From NCBI GenBank assembly GCA_012295275.1, contig CM022665.1:31062001-31126000 (forward strand): DNA of 64,000 bases, given 5' to 3'. Below, one piece after another: positions 44,722-58,325 of the stretch (the stretch's first letter is position 1; each line of letters begins with the position of its first letter). The notes beneath the pieces are model-generated. The model saw only the letters and a program-made list of their open reading frames with translations. It ran no database searches and was not told where the DNA came from. This DNA is from Chrysomallon squamiferum. Taxonomy: Eukaryota > Animalia > Mollusca. The translations under genes were made by a program, and so were the position numbers.

Positions 44722-47700
44722 TTATATAAATTCAGGCTCGAAGAAGTCAGCATCGGCAAAGAGAAGAATGTGACAAATTCTGCTGAAGTCAATCCTGTGA
44801 GCATAGTTAATATAGTGCTTTCCATTCACATACACCTGAAATAAAAATTTGATTTTAATAGTTTTACATGCCTACTACATTTACAGAGTATAAAAACTAA
44901 TGTGAGTTTCTCAATATATGTTGAAAATAGAGGCAGTTGGAGAATAGAATCCAAGTCTGAACATGAATTCCAAATACATTTTATATACAACATATAAAAT
45001 GGTCTGATGGGTTTATACATAATATTTTTAACAATTTTGTGCATGAAGTAAAGTTTCTGTATGCAAAATAATCCAAAAACATTATTTTGGATTTTGGAAC
45101 TTTGGATAAGAGATCCTCAAACTGAATTACTTATTAAAATTAAATTGATTAAAGTTAATCCTTAGAAGAAAGGTTACCATATTTGAAAAATAATATACTT
45201 AATAAAATGTGGATAAAGTAAAAAAGAAAGAAAAAAGAAGCTGTTCAACCTTGAATTCCTGTGTTTGACAGTTAATAGCAACTTCAAAAGGCTCTGCTGG
45301 GTCAAACGGGAAACTGGGTTCCTCTCTCTCTTCCTCTCCCCAGCTGTCATTTTCAAAGGTATTTCGAACTGTAACTTGTTCATCAAACCGAGGGGTAAAG
45401 TGAAATGCAATGTCAGTGTTAGAATCCCCAACTGTCTTACTGTCACCACACTGAAGGTTAATAGAAAAACTGCAAAAACCAATCAAAAACATTTAATCAT
45501 ACATCTGTGTATTAGAAAATAAAAGCAAATGGTAAACACTATTAAACATTTCTTCAACTACAGAATCCTCTGCTGTAGAAACACTTTAAATTCTTGTAAA
45601 AAAAATTTTTATAATAAGACCTGCCACAATAGAATAGAATACAATATAATTATAATTTAAGAGATGTGTTTTATGTATACAATTTCCACATGATTTATGG
45701 TTTAACAAACTTTATCAAACATTACTTAGGTTTTTTGCATGTTCTGTCAGGGCAAGCATTTGGTATAGATGCATTTCAAAGATAAGCACTTCAATAAAAA
45801 TAAACTTAATCAGATTTTAAAATTAACTGTAAAATTAGAAGTTCCACCTTTCTGCATTCTTCTTGGGTGTTCCTTGGATGATGACCCAGCTGCCAATCTG
45901 TAGACCACCTGGTATGCGTTCAAGCACAGGTTTCTCCTGTTGAATATTTAAGTTTTAAATGAATATCTTATTTTAAAGAATATTTTAACTGAGTAAAAAA
46001 CTTATGACATCAGATTTCACTTAGATTTTGAAATGCAAATATATTGTATTATCAGTCTAATCAGAACAGTGTGATGCACGGTCAACATACAGTGACAATG
46101 TTTGTGTTGAGATGGCAGGTAACATATGGTTATGACTATTTTTACTTACCAGTCTTGACTGTAATTTGACTTTGTAGATGTAAGCTTCACCCGCAACATT
46201 TATTGTCTTTATATCCTTAACATCTGTTCGGGAATGGAACTTTGTAAGCTTCTTTCCATTCACATAAATCTAGAAAGAAAACCAAATAGTTTTTAATGTG
46301 AAGGACCTCAGCAGAATTCATTCTTCACTTAAAATCTTTAATTTAAAGATGAACATTTTCAGTTTATTACATCTTTATTGTACCGTCAACAATAAAAGCA
46401 GATTAGCAGGGGACCTTTTTTTTTTTTTTTAAATACAAAGATCTGAGAAAAACAAAGTATGGTGTTATATACATTAGACATTGATTGTAATATTTCATTT
46501 TTAGTAAACTGAAAACAAATTTCTAACAATTGTGAAATTTACCTTGAACTTGTTACTTTTAGTGACTATTTTCATTTCAAATGGCAACATCTCCTGGAAT
46601 GCATATGGCAGATCCTCACATTCTTCAGTCTGCCATTCCCCATCAATATGGTTGTTCATGACAACCTGACCCTGATCACGTCTAGGGTTGATGTGAAAAG
46701 CAACATCATCGTCTAGGGAATCACCATTTATCAGGTTCACAGCAAATCTACAATAAGTTGTTGTCATGAGACCAATTGCACAATTCTACAGCCCTCATCA
46801 TATTTAATGATATTGTGGTAACTAATTATATTGTTTAACCAGAAGAGAATATTTTTCAAATAGGTTTGATCATTTCATGATTAGTCATACTAACCTCTGG
46901 CCTTCAGGGTAAAAGAATCCATTTACTATGATCATGTCCCCTTTTTCCAACCCCGATGGAATCTTTTTCTTAAAGTCATCATCCTGAAAATAAAAGACAT
47001 TTGTATTAATAGTTATCAAGCATGTACTGTAGCTTTCTTTTTAATATGAGAAAGGAAACCTGCTGCAAGTCAAATTCAACAACTGATTTACAACAACAAT
47101 TCTTTCTAGGCATCTTCCTACATAAATAAAAGCATATACTGTCACCTTTCACAAAATATTTACATGGATGTAAAAGATTTTATTGTTCAACATTTCTTAC
47201 CAGTATATATAAGGTAATATATAAAAATATAAGGCTGTGTGCATATAATTACTTGAATTGTCATGTGCAACAGAGATAAACGCCTCCAAATTTCCATAGG
47301 TGGATTGCTGTACAAGAACATAAGGAAGTCTGTAGATAAATGTTAATTTACAGTTTAAGTGAAAACAGTGCACATGGCAATGCAAAAACATTTCCTACCA
47401 GTGGTTCAAAAAACTGCACTTCAGCAAGTGTGACATCTCCAGCTATTGACAGATACTTTATGCATTCAATATCACAGCGGTAGCTGAATGATGTGAAGAG
47501 ATTTCCATTTACATACACCTGAAACATATTTAAAGATAACTTGATGTACAGCCTTAACAATATCAACATAAAATCAAACTGAAATATTTATGGAAAACAT
47601 TTCAGTTTTTCAACTGCAAAAAAATGTCAAAAAACCAGTAGCTAAAAAATGTTTAATTTTATATACACCCTTTCTATAAAAAACAACTACCATGATGAAC

Positions 47701-50700
47701 ATACATTGAAATATCCTTCTCCAGCAATGAACAGAACATCAAAGTAGTCTCCTGGAGTGAAAGGAAAATCTGGTTGAATCCTTTCTTCTTCTCCCCAGTC
47801 TCCAAACTTGGCATTACGCACAACCTCTCCTTCATTCTGACGAGGGTTAAAAAGAAATCCTACAGTGTCCCCATCACAGTCAAAATTAAAACAAATTGCA
47901 AATCTGAAAATAACATGTGAATTAAAATATGAACTGAAACTATTTAGTTAATTCCATATTTCATTACATTTAATTGACATCAGTGTAGTGTGAAAATGAA
48001 ATATTAAATCTAATTCCTAAATATTTAAAAGAAACAAAAAGATGCTTGCATTTCAAACGTTCATGAAATTTAAATGAAACCATTTAATGAGTAGCACATT
48101 TGAATATTAAGTAAGCTATATGCATATATTAAAACTTTCTTGGAAAAATATAAACTTTGAAATTAACTGTACATCTAATATCCAGAAATTTCTTACCCAG
48201 TAGCATCGATATTTGTTATTCCTCTTACTTGCACAGCATTTCCCACTTTCATTCCATTCTTGATCTCTCCTGTGTAAGGTACAACCTACAGTGTAATGTA
48301 AAATCTTTTCTGAGAATTTATAAAATCAAATGTACATAACGTTGCTTCATATCATATAAACTATGCAAGTAAATAAATCTATTTACTATCTAAATTTAAA
48401 CTGTGTACATGGCTTTGCAAGAAAATCTGTCGATGTAAAAATAGTAGTCAACCCACATTATCCATGGGTATATGGTTCAGGCATCCCTCCAGACTAAGAC
48501 ACAAAAGGACAATTTTATCCCATGCTACATTCGTAACTTGAAACCCCACCAACAGATATTACTAACTCCCACCATAAATATTTTTGATAATATTCTGAAT
48601 TTCCTAAAATATTTAACAGCAGTTTTCTGGATATGGACCATTTACTTATGAATATACAAATCTTGACCATTTTGTTTGAAACTAATAAATTTATTATTTA
48701 CTAAACTGAAAATGATCTAATGAATGCGCCAGTAATGTATATTCTTAGTTAAACTGACATTTAAAACGGCAAATATACTGCCTTCAAAATAACCTTTATT
48801 TTTCTTATCATTTTATTATAAGTATTAAAAAGTTAAAGCCAATATTTTGATTTAAGTATGACTTCAAAATTCATGTGACACATGTAGAGTATGATAAATG
48901 CAACATTTACCATGCTGTTCTGAATGGTTACATCATAGTATTCTGCATCTTCACAGAGCTCCAAAAATTCCACTTTTTCAAAAGGCAATCTGTGACTGAA
49001 TTCTATGAAGTCTTTGCCATTGACCATCACCTTGTACTCATCAGGTGTCACAAAAATACGAAGCTGGAATGTTCTACCCTCAAAGAATGGGAAATCAGGT
49101 TGGTGCCTCTCCTCATCCATCCAATTTTCACTAAATGAATTTCTGATGACTTCATTCTCTGTGGTTCGAGGATTGAAATGAAAGGCAATATCACTGTCAG
49201 AGCTGTCATCATATTTAAGATTCACGGCAAATCTGAAAAGAAAGGTTATTACATCAACTTTAAAAAGAAATTATGTTGGAAAATGAATAGCTGGTAGCTA
49301 TTTTTTTTTATGTTTAGACTGCAAAAAGATTAAAGGTAGAAACATGTGATTATGAAATAAAATATTTTATTTGCATGTTTAATCTTTGTATTAAAAAAGT
49401 AAAAACAATATTTAAAGAAAGTAGTACGTTACCCTGTTGATCCATAAGGAACTTTTCCCCTGATAATAATGTGAGTGCCAACCTTCAGCCCTCCGTGCAG
49501 TTTGATGTGTTCTGGGGCAAACTGAAAATTATAATTTCGGATGTGAACAAATTTTTTGGTCATGAAATTAAAATGAATTGTTGAGCATAAAAACACTCAA
49601 GAAAAAAAAAGTTGTTAATTACAGTTACTGTGTTAATGTTTTGTTTTTTTAAATGTACTTTTAAATGTAACTTTATGGAACTGATCCTTTGATCACTGTC
49701 CTAACTGAAGCATAATGCTAGGATTAAATACTGGAGTTGTACATTAAACTCAAACATCTAGATACTTCTAAAAATGCTTGTTACTATCAAATGTACAAAA
49801 GTTTATATTACAAAATATTTTTGTGAGTTACTGTAACTATTGACTGTCATGTTAGTGTTATCTTAGGTGTGGTCTCCACAATGATTTTAATGGCTTTCAG
49901 TAACTCCCAGCAAACAAGATAACATGACCTATATACAATTACAATAGATTGAATGTGAACTATTTCTGGTATGTAACAAGTATGAAAACATGGTCAACTA
50001 TATATCTCTTATTATAGCTGATAGATTTTTAAACACTGAAACATTTAAATTTTATTTTGACAGTATTTTGTTAAATTGCATTTCACACAATTAATATTTT
50101 CCTTTATCACAATATCTTTGTAATTTAGATTCTCATCAGATCTAAATACTTTTACTAAACATATCACTATTTGTCGCCATAGCCTTAAGCTTTGTGTTGT
50201 ATAAACTGTCTCAAAAGTATTGGCAACTGGATGTATGAACATACAAAACTTTGATAGCAATATTTATTCAGTGTAGATTACAGTGTATGTTCAGGTTTCA
50301 TTTATCATTTTGACAGAGCAAAAGGAACTGAGTGACTAAGGTCAAATAAATGTGGGCGTCCTTTTAGGAATTACATTTTAAAGTTTTAAAGATTCTGTTA
50401 TGAAATAATTTTTTTTTTTTTAAATAACCAGATAAATATTTCAGATTAATGCTGAGTGAATGAATTTTTAATGTTATCACTCATTTTTTTATAAATAAGA
50501 TAGTGGTAATTCCTATGGATCCTGTGGCATATGTGCAAGTAAAAACTATAGATGCCTGTTTGCCATCACAGTAATTTTTGTTATCACTGGTGTAAATGAA
50601 TGATTGGCTATTGATTTTAAGGATTATGGCAATTATTGAAGCTGCATGATGATAAGAATGTTCAATATATATTTGCAGGAAAACGAATATTGCTATTTAG

Positions 50701-51921
50701 TATAGATGGTTAAAAATTGATTTTGTTGTGCTTTTATTTGACACAGTATTGAAAACATTTTAATTGACAATACATTTATTATGGTGAGCAGCAAAATTTT
50801 AATCAGATAATGATAATTACTACATTAAAACATTAAAATACATGTTTTCACTTGACAAAAATGGTCATCTCCAATTGTACTCTGAATATTCATTCATTAA
50901 AGAATCCAAATTGTGTTATTCATGAAAATGCCATGAAGAAAATTTTATTTTATTTTTAAACCTACAAACTGAAGTGCAATACCTAGACACCTGTACATAA
51001 AGGCTTTTACCTTGAAGCCAAAGTACAATATTTGTTTAAATGACATTTGTCACATTTAACCTAGATCTGTGATAGCACTTGATATCTTTCCTGAGTATCA
51101 GATAATATTTTTATTAGTCATTTGTTAATACAATAAAGATAAAGAATTGCCATTTTATTGATAAAATATTTTCTAAATTATGCAACCAGTATAATCTGCA
51201 GTATTGCAATAATGCCTTCACTTCAAAAGACATGACTAACTGGGTATATGAATATCCTATTTAAGCACTAAACAAATAAACTGTAAAATTACATCAGTTA
51301 GTACAAACTGTTTTGCAAACTGTTTCGAGCCAAGGCCCATTTATATACCACCAACCGAAAGTATTACAAAATGGCACATTTACAATGACAGTTTAGTCAT
51401 GGAAGAGTATTTAATAACTTCACCAGTCACCACATTGTAGGCACAGACACAACCATGGCAAATTATTTGCAGTAACTAAATATTTAATGAACTAAGTAAT
51501 TGAAGTTTGATAATTTCCCACAGTACACCCGATGATCTCTCATGGCACATTAGTGCACAGTGGTTGAAAATCACCAAATAAGTAGGTGTTGTACAAAAGG
51601 TAACTATATATAAATGAATAAGTTGATAACTATTATTAGGTTGTACAGTTACAAAGGAAAAAGGTACATGTTTAAAATAATTACATCCAGTTAATCTCCA
51701 AGCACAGTATTATAATATTTAGGATTTATTATTATTTTTTTATACTATGTTTAAATGAATTATACACTAGAACTCAATATTCGGCTTTAACTTGAAATAA
51801 TCAAGTGTTTTTGCTTCATAGTCTTGTTTAAGATTTAACATTCCTCCTACTGATAAAATTAAACTTTCAAAAGCAATTCAAATACTCTGATACTTACAAT
51901 TTTGTTGGAGTGGTATGCCAT
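44722..51921 (-). CDS. Quadruple-CRD galectin, 12 coding exons, ~559 aa
   Basis: Exons 51921-51898, 49521-49433, 49232-48911, 48285-48197, 47903-47705, 47518-47399, 46983-46895, 46747-46543, 46269-46150, 45936-45848, 45469-45250, 44835-44722, all phase-compatible. Four galectin CRDs: HFNPR..VIRN..WMDEER; LFNPR..VVRN..WGEEER; HINPR..VVMN..WQTEEC; HFTPR..TVRN..WGEEER. No signal peptide. Confidence 0.93.
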
Positions 51922-52659
51922 GTCTCAAATGGAATGTAGGCTAAAATAGACAATTAGGGTTAAAAATATATATGTGTGTGTGTGTGTGTGTGTAAAAAAC
52001 TTTAAAACTTTAAAATAAGTAAAAGTGTGTAAAAAAAAAATTTGAGATTAAATAAAAAAAATTTATAACCATTTTAATAGGTTAGAAAAGTACCCATTAT
52101 GAAAATTTTTAACATGTTAAACCAGCCTCTATTTTTATTGAACATTTCATGTTATATGAACAAGTACGTATGAATGCTGGGCTTTTCTCTAATACAACAA
52201 CAAAAAAAACAAAAACAAAAAAAAGTCTGTAAAAAATGTGTATTTAACTCAAAATAATGATATAATAATAACAACAACAACAACAACAACAATAGAATGG
52301 TTTACACTTTAAGGAACCATTTAAAATAACAGAGGCAGAAACTAATGTAAATATAAAACAAAATTAACCATAATACTAAGTCTGATCGTATTCGTCAGGT
52401 TTTATTTTAAGAGCTAAATTTTAAAACAGTAATATTAACTTGAACATAAAATTTTCGGGAGCTGCCATAAAAACCGAGAAAAATAACAAAACAACAAAAA
52501 AAAAAAAAAAAAAAATGCAGTAACTTCTATCGTTTCGTAAATTTAAAACTTTAGAATTGTTTTATTTATAAAATTTATGTTGTCAATATTCAGCTGTGAA
52601 ATGCCTGGCAATTTTTACACATCGAATGACTGCAAGCATTTTAATTTATTGCTACTAAC

Positions 52660-52920
52660 TTTATACCAACCTCGGATCATATGAGGTGTTTTATGTTTAA
52701 ATATATACGTTTAATTTGTAGCCTCTAAACAGTGTCTTTCTACAAATAAGAGACTGACAGCAGAATGTCACGACTTACCTGCGAGAGAAAAGGAAGAGAA
52801 TGATGCGTCTTGTACTGTTATCGCAGACGTGTGTTGACGTAGGTGTGGTCAAGTGGGCTGTCAGGTGACACTTAACGAAGTATCCATGGAAGGCTTTGCA
52901 CGTATTAAGTGGGGAATGAT
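52660..52920 (-). promoter_or_regulatory. Putative galectin promoter and non-coding first exon
   Basis: CpG-rich patch with CAG|GTAAGT donor near 52778; matching acceptor TATTTTAG about 20 nt upstream of the ATG (near 51941). Confidence 0.45.
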
Positions 52921-53987
52921 TTATATCGTTGGTAAGCACAAATGTACAAATCTTTGCCTCATGACTAATGACCTAGACAATTACCCCACATGACACTGAT
53001 TAATATTCATGTAAGTCTACGTTTTCAGAAAGTGTAAGTTAGTCATTTTAGCCAGATTTTCATTAATTTATCTATTTATTTATTTTGTTTGTTTAGAGGG
53101 AGGAGGAATGAGGATGGTACGTTACGACTGAGTAGTTTTAAATATGTAGATTACTGACGAAAAATTAAATAAATAAACAGAAAATCATTGTTATTTAAGA
53201 CATGCTGTGCATTAGAAACGCTCATACAACTTATTAAAGATTTTTTTTTTTTTTTTTTTTACCATTCTTGTTGTCTGTATATTGTAACAATGGTTCTTGT
53301 ATTCTTCAAAGTTAAAGTGTAGTACAGATCATCCTTATTAGTGCCTGCTTTGGGCTACTTTTTGTTCCATACAGTGCCACCTTTATGTAACTGACAGCTT
53401 ACTTGGTACATGATTGTAGTTTCCATTATATTCAAATCATACAAGAAATGTTCAAATGACACATAAAAGTTAACTGCTAAATTTTTTTACAGTGTTGTTA
53501 AGCATCGATTCCTCGATCTATCTTACTGAAAAGACAACAGAACACAAAATTATTTTTCTTTTTATTTTCACATTATTATTCTGAATAATTTTCACATTAC
53601 AATGAGATAGTACAAAAATAAGGAAAAACTAAGCAGAAATAAAAAAAAGAAGGAAAAAAGTAAAGAATTGAAAAAAATCCACACACAAATCAACAGATAA
53701 CGATGTACAATGATGACAAATTGGTGGGAATGTACCTGTAATGAGTTTAAAAGTGTTACAAAATGTATCACCAACAATAGCAACAGGAGAAAGACCAATG
53801 GTGACAAGGCTGGGTCAACATGTCAACCACACAAACACAAAACAAATCACTGATCAAATCTAAAATACAGTTATATGAACAAATAAATAAATAAATAAAT
53901 AAATAAATAAATAGAAAAAATTAAGAAAGTTTAGTTAGATGAAAGAAAAGTCAGCCCATAAAATTGGCCTATAATTAATGTAATTAA

Positions 53988-54031
<44 letters not shown>

Positions 54032-54939
54032 ATACAATTAAATATATTGAACAAAAAAGCAAGGGATCATGAAATATTTTTCATGTTTTTAACAATATAT
54101 TCATCAGATATGAATCATTGACATTACAAGCAAGACTGTTCTGAGAATCAAAATTTATTATTCATCATTATTTTATTTCAGTAACTGCAAAAATACAATC
54201 CCTGACAAATTTTATTCAGTATATAATTTTTTTTTTCTTCTATAGTTCTTTGTTATTACCATGTGTTAATACTATATACTGAAGAATATGCTTTTGCTTA
54301 TTATTAAAAATTATTAAAATTTCTGAAAAATAACTGAATGGTATTTTATGTCATTTTACAGTTTTGTCTGTCTTCATTAAACTGTGATAATTTTGTTACA
54401 AAAATACCAGTGATAAAATATTCTGTCATTCTCCTTTATTACTTTTTTCTTTGCAAATCTTAATTCATTATAGGTTCTTATTTATTAATGCAAAACAAAT
54501 GTTGAGAATTGTGATGAATAAGAACTAATTAATATTTAATTATTAATTTTTTTTTTTAATGTTTATTTACCAATAAAATAAATGTGTTCTGTAGTATAAA
54601 CTATTAGACATGTTAGTGATCGAGAAGACCCTATGATATTACTGTAATACACAATGCTGTGTTTTAAGCAACAAACAATGTAACAGCTATTGTTTGTTAG
54701 TAATAAAACTCTTGGGTTATAATAACAAAAATGTCACGAGTAGCTGTTGTTGAAAATTAATTGTTCTTGTACATTACTGCATAAGAATTGTACATGAAAG
54801 AACAATACTGGCTACAAAAAGTACATTTAATTCTCAAAATCTAAATAGAGATATGCTTATTCTTGTTCAAATATTTACATTATTTTCAAACCCCCACAAA
54901 TATATAAATGTGTGTGTGTTACAGTCAATATGTGAAAGC

Positions 54940-55047
54940 AGTCATTTGGCATAATGCCTGAAATATTTAGGCATTTAGCCTAATGCCCAAAGACCATCAT
55001 GTGTTTCGCCTAATGACTAAAATTTCCAGGAATTAGGCCAAATGACT
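54940..55047. repeat. Imperfect inverted repeat with internal GCCTAATG-type subrepeats (probable transposon terminus or MITE)
   Basis: AGTCATTTGGCATAATGCCTGAAAT pairs with ATTTCCAGGAATTAGGCCAAATGACT. Confidence 0.7.
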
Positions 55048-55169
55048 TTTTTTGGGTTAGTGTTGTTTGACATTCTGCCTGATAGCAATTCAGGCAGTCA
55101 TGGGTTTAATGCTTTGCTTACATCTGTTCATTGTAAGGATTAGTCATTCAGTTCAATTCTTATTATTAT

Positions 55170-55865
55170 AAGCTTTATTGATATACAATGTCAATAATAA
55201 GTACAAATAATGACAGTATGATAAAAAAGAAAAAACCTTTGGAGAATACAAATAATACAGAACATAAATTATATCTAACTAATCAAAACTTTTCTAAATT
55301 GAAATGCTTTATACAAATATTCTCCTAAATTACACAGTGATTTTTTTATTTTCAGTCTCATCTTCAATCTTACATAACATAAATATTTTTTTCTGTTCTC
55401 TCAGCATTCCTGTATCTCCCAATCCAAACTGCCAACTGATGTACAGATAGCCTCACTTTTGTTAAGTATATTTTATAAATCATTGGTATAAATTAAACTA
55501 AATAAAACTGAATTGTTACACCATCTGTAATGTACTTATATAAATTGTCTCATTTTACAGATGTATTTAGCTGAATTGAAAGCTTCTGCCTTGCTTGGTC
55601 ACATATTATTTGATTAATTATGCACAAATAATTTTTTATATTTTCATGGATCTGTTCTTGCTCTATCCATATATATCCCAATCCCAATTCATATAAAGTT
55701 TTCCTAATAAAAGTCAACCAATTATCTTTCTATAACATAAAATACAATTTTTACAAAAATCTAAGTGAATTTTCTCAATAACATATGCTTTTTGAAAACC
55801 CCATATCTCACTAATATAAAACAGCACACTAGTTACATATGTATCAAACTATGACAATAGAGAAA
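55170..55865 (-). mobile_element. Decayed 3' fragment of a non-LTR retrotransposon (RTE-X-like)
   Basis: Minus-strand translation gives FDTYVTSVLFYISEIWGF..IEKIHLDFCK, LYELGLGYIWIEQ, RLSVHQLAVWIGRY, IEDE and LCNLGEYLYKAFQFR, then AATAAA; typical post-RT LINE tail. The clade is inferred. Confidence 0.65.
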
Positions 55866-56124
55866 TGTAATTTAAAGACATATTATTTACACTGTTCTTC
55901 AGTGCATATGTTGCCTTATTGTTGTGTTATTCTTACATTCAAAGACCAGTTACACAGTAGGGATTAGTGGTAGTGTTATTGTTACATCAAAGACCAATGA
56001 TTTCAGTACAGACAGTCTTCAGTTTACTATTCAAATTTCAAGGACATGTTTAATCCTTAAAAACACATCCAATTAGGGTTGGGCTCTGGCTTCATTGATC
56101 GGTGATATAAAATACAGTTCCTGA

Positions 56125-57625
56125 TCACATTCAGGGTCCACACTCATCACATTGCAAAATGTACCCATCAAAAATAACAGTGAGCAACAGCTTCGAACAT
56201 AGCAGAAGAGATACAAAATTTTACGAAACGTTAACAAAAAAAGCCCCAAAAATCGAAGAAAAACCCAAAACTATCACTGAAAAAATCGACCACCACAACA
56301 ACAAACCAAAAGACAATCTGGACAAGGAGGTCAGAATTGCAGAAATACACAAAATTATTGTCTGCCTCCTCATCGAACTACAAAACATTAGAACCAACCA
56401 AGGAAACATCACTGACAACTCCAATTTGGAGCACATGGTAGCTCAAATAATCGAAAACAGCTTGGGATTCAAGATCTCCACAGACAACAAAAGACTTAAA
56501 TTACATACAGACAAGAGAAATTCCACAAACACAAAACAACAGTGAACAAAGAAAACACCAAACAGTACCAACCATTTACATACTCTTCACACCAAGCACA
56601 CAATAACACAGGCCTCTCCATTCTTCAGTGCAACGCTAAAGGCCTCCACTCAGCAGGCCACGGAAACAAACTCGTACACTTCCTGGCCTCCACTCGAAAC
56701 ACACCAGATGTAATATGCATACAAGAAACATGGCTAGGTCACTACAACACACGCACATCTACATCGAGGGATCCAAAAACCCAGACAACGGGAGAGTAGG
56801 ATTCGCCTTCATAGCCCAAGATCACACAAACAAACCCATATGCATACAATTCAGCTGAATCAGAAATCACCTTTTGGTATACATGGCCAAATTGGTCGCC
56901 ATCATCAGAGCCATACTATGGGTGAAACACAACAACAACAAACACACAGTCATATTCTCGGACAGCCTAAGTTCCTTCACCTCCATACAATCTGGACATT
57001 CCAGCAGACCAGACCTACTCAGCAGAATACAACACCTACACAAGGACATACAAATCAACAAGAAACAACTAATCATCAAGTGGCTCCCAGCACATGTCAG
57101 CATCATCGGCAATGAACTTACCGACCATTACACCAAAGAGTCGCTCAGCATTAAAGCCAAAGACATCTGCACTGATATACACTACGGAACAAACGAAATT
57201 CTTTCCATCGCAGCCAAACATTATGACAAAAACAATGGCAAAACGAATGGAACAACACCAAAAACAAATGCCTGTTGAACATCAAACCACTCACCAAAAC
57301 ACCCAAAATCACATTCGCCAACAAACTACACAGCAACAATCTCACCAAAGTCAGAATTGGTTACTCGACCAACTTGTATCCAATCCAATACAAGTATCAC
57401 AACACCACATCACCCAGCTGCAGCTGTGGACTCTCTGAAACCATGAAACACTACTTGTTTTACTGTCAAAATTTCGCCAAGGAAAGACGAGCAATATGCA
57501 ACACATTGGAGGAACTAAAAATCGAATTCACACTCCAAAACATATTGGCACCAAACACGAAAGAAAGAGAGTTAGTCCTTGCTGCAGTAGCAACATACAT
57601 TCTGAACACAAAACACAAACTTTAG
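56125..57625 (+). mobile_element. I-group (I/Nimb/Ingi-like) LINE derivative: ORF1 tail, endonuclease N-terminus, RNase H and C-terminal Zn motif; RT absent
   Basis: ORF1 end (GPHSSHCKMYP knuckle remnant through stop at 56545) overlaps the ORF2 start (GTGA). APE start ILQCNAKGL..PDVICIQETWL runs straight into RNase H (HIYIEGSK, MAKLVAI, IFSDSLS, WLPAHVSIIGNELTD), then CSCG..ETMKHYLFYC. A/C-rich strand bias; frameshifted. Confidence 0.88.
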
Positions 57626-58325
57626 ACTCTTCAAGTTGAAAGTTTGAATTTCTTTTCTTCTTTTTTTTGGCACAAAAACAAACAACAATTGAAGGAATTT
57701 ACTGACTTACAGATTGGTTGGTTGAACAGCTGATGGATCTATGGATGGATTGGCTGACGGATCAATTTGAATAGCCAATTAAATTAATAATTAAAAACAA
57801 AAATATACGTACTTATTTTCAGACCATACTAACCCGGTTAACATAATAAATGTAAATAAGTTAACTACATTCATGTTCTTATTCTTCTTAGTTGCAGGTG
57901 TTTATAGCATCTTTTAAATCAATAAAAAGACCATCGGGGAAAAAAAAAAAAAGTTTGGAATTGTTGGACCAGAGGGAAGCAGTCAAAAAGAACAAGGAAA
58001 CATCAGCAGCAGCCGAGAACAGAACAAACAAACAGGACGCAACCAACATGGACCCGGTGACGAATATGAGACATTCAGCGAGCAAGACAAGTGCTGGAAA
58101 CAACAAGGAGTGGAAAACATCAATGAAACATCGCAACCGATTTGTTACAATCCGATATGCTGGACACTGCCTTGTATCTTGCAATCGTAACCAGAACCCA
58201 TTCTCTTTCCTTACCCAAAACTCTTTTCTGCGACGGACATGCCTGCTGACCTGCTTCACAACAGCTTGCTCTGATTAGCACGTTAATTTTTTTCAAGGTT
58301 TCAAGATCACATTCAGATCACTTAT

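Noticed and set aside
48440-48570. Possible Tc1/pogo-type MITE end in a galectin intron
   Set aside because: No matching opposite TIR or TSD found
51515-51578. Possible hAT 3' terminus (GTGGTTGAAAATCAC)
   Set aside because: The partner end was not identified; too decayed to call
54621-54635. CGAGAAGACCCTATG, matching a conserved mitochondrial 16S rRNA word (possible NUMT)
   Set aside because: Only 15 nt; the flanks do not continue the rRNA similarity
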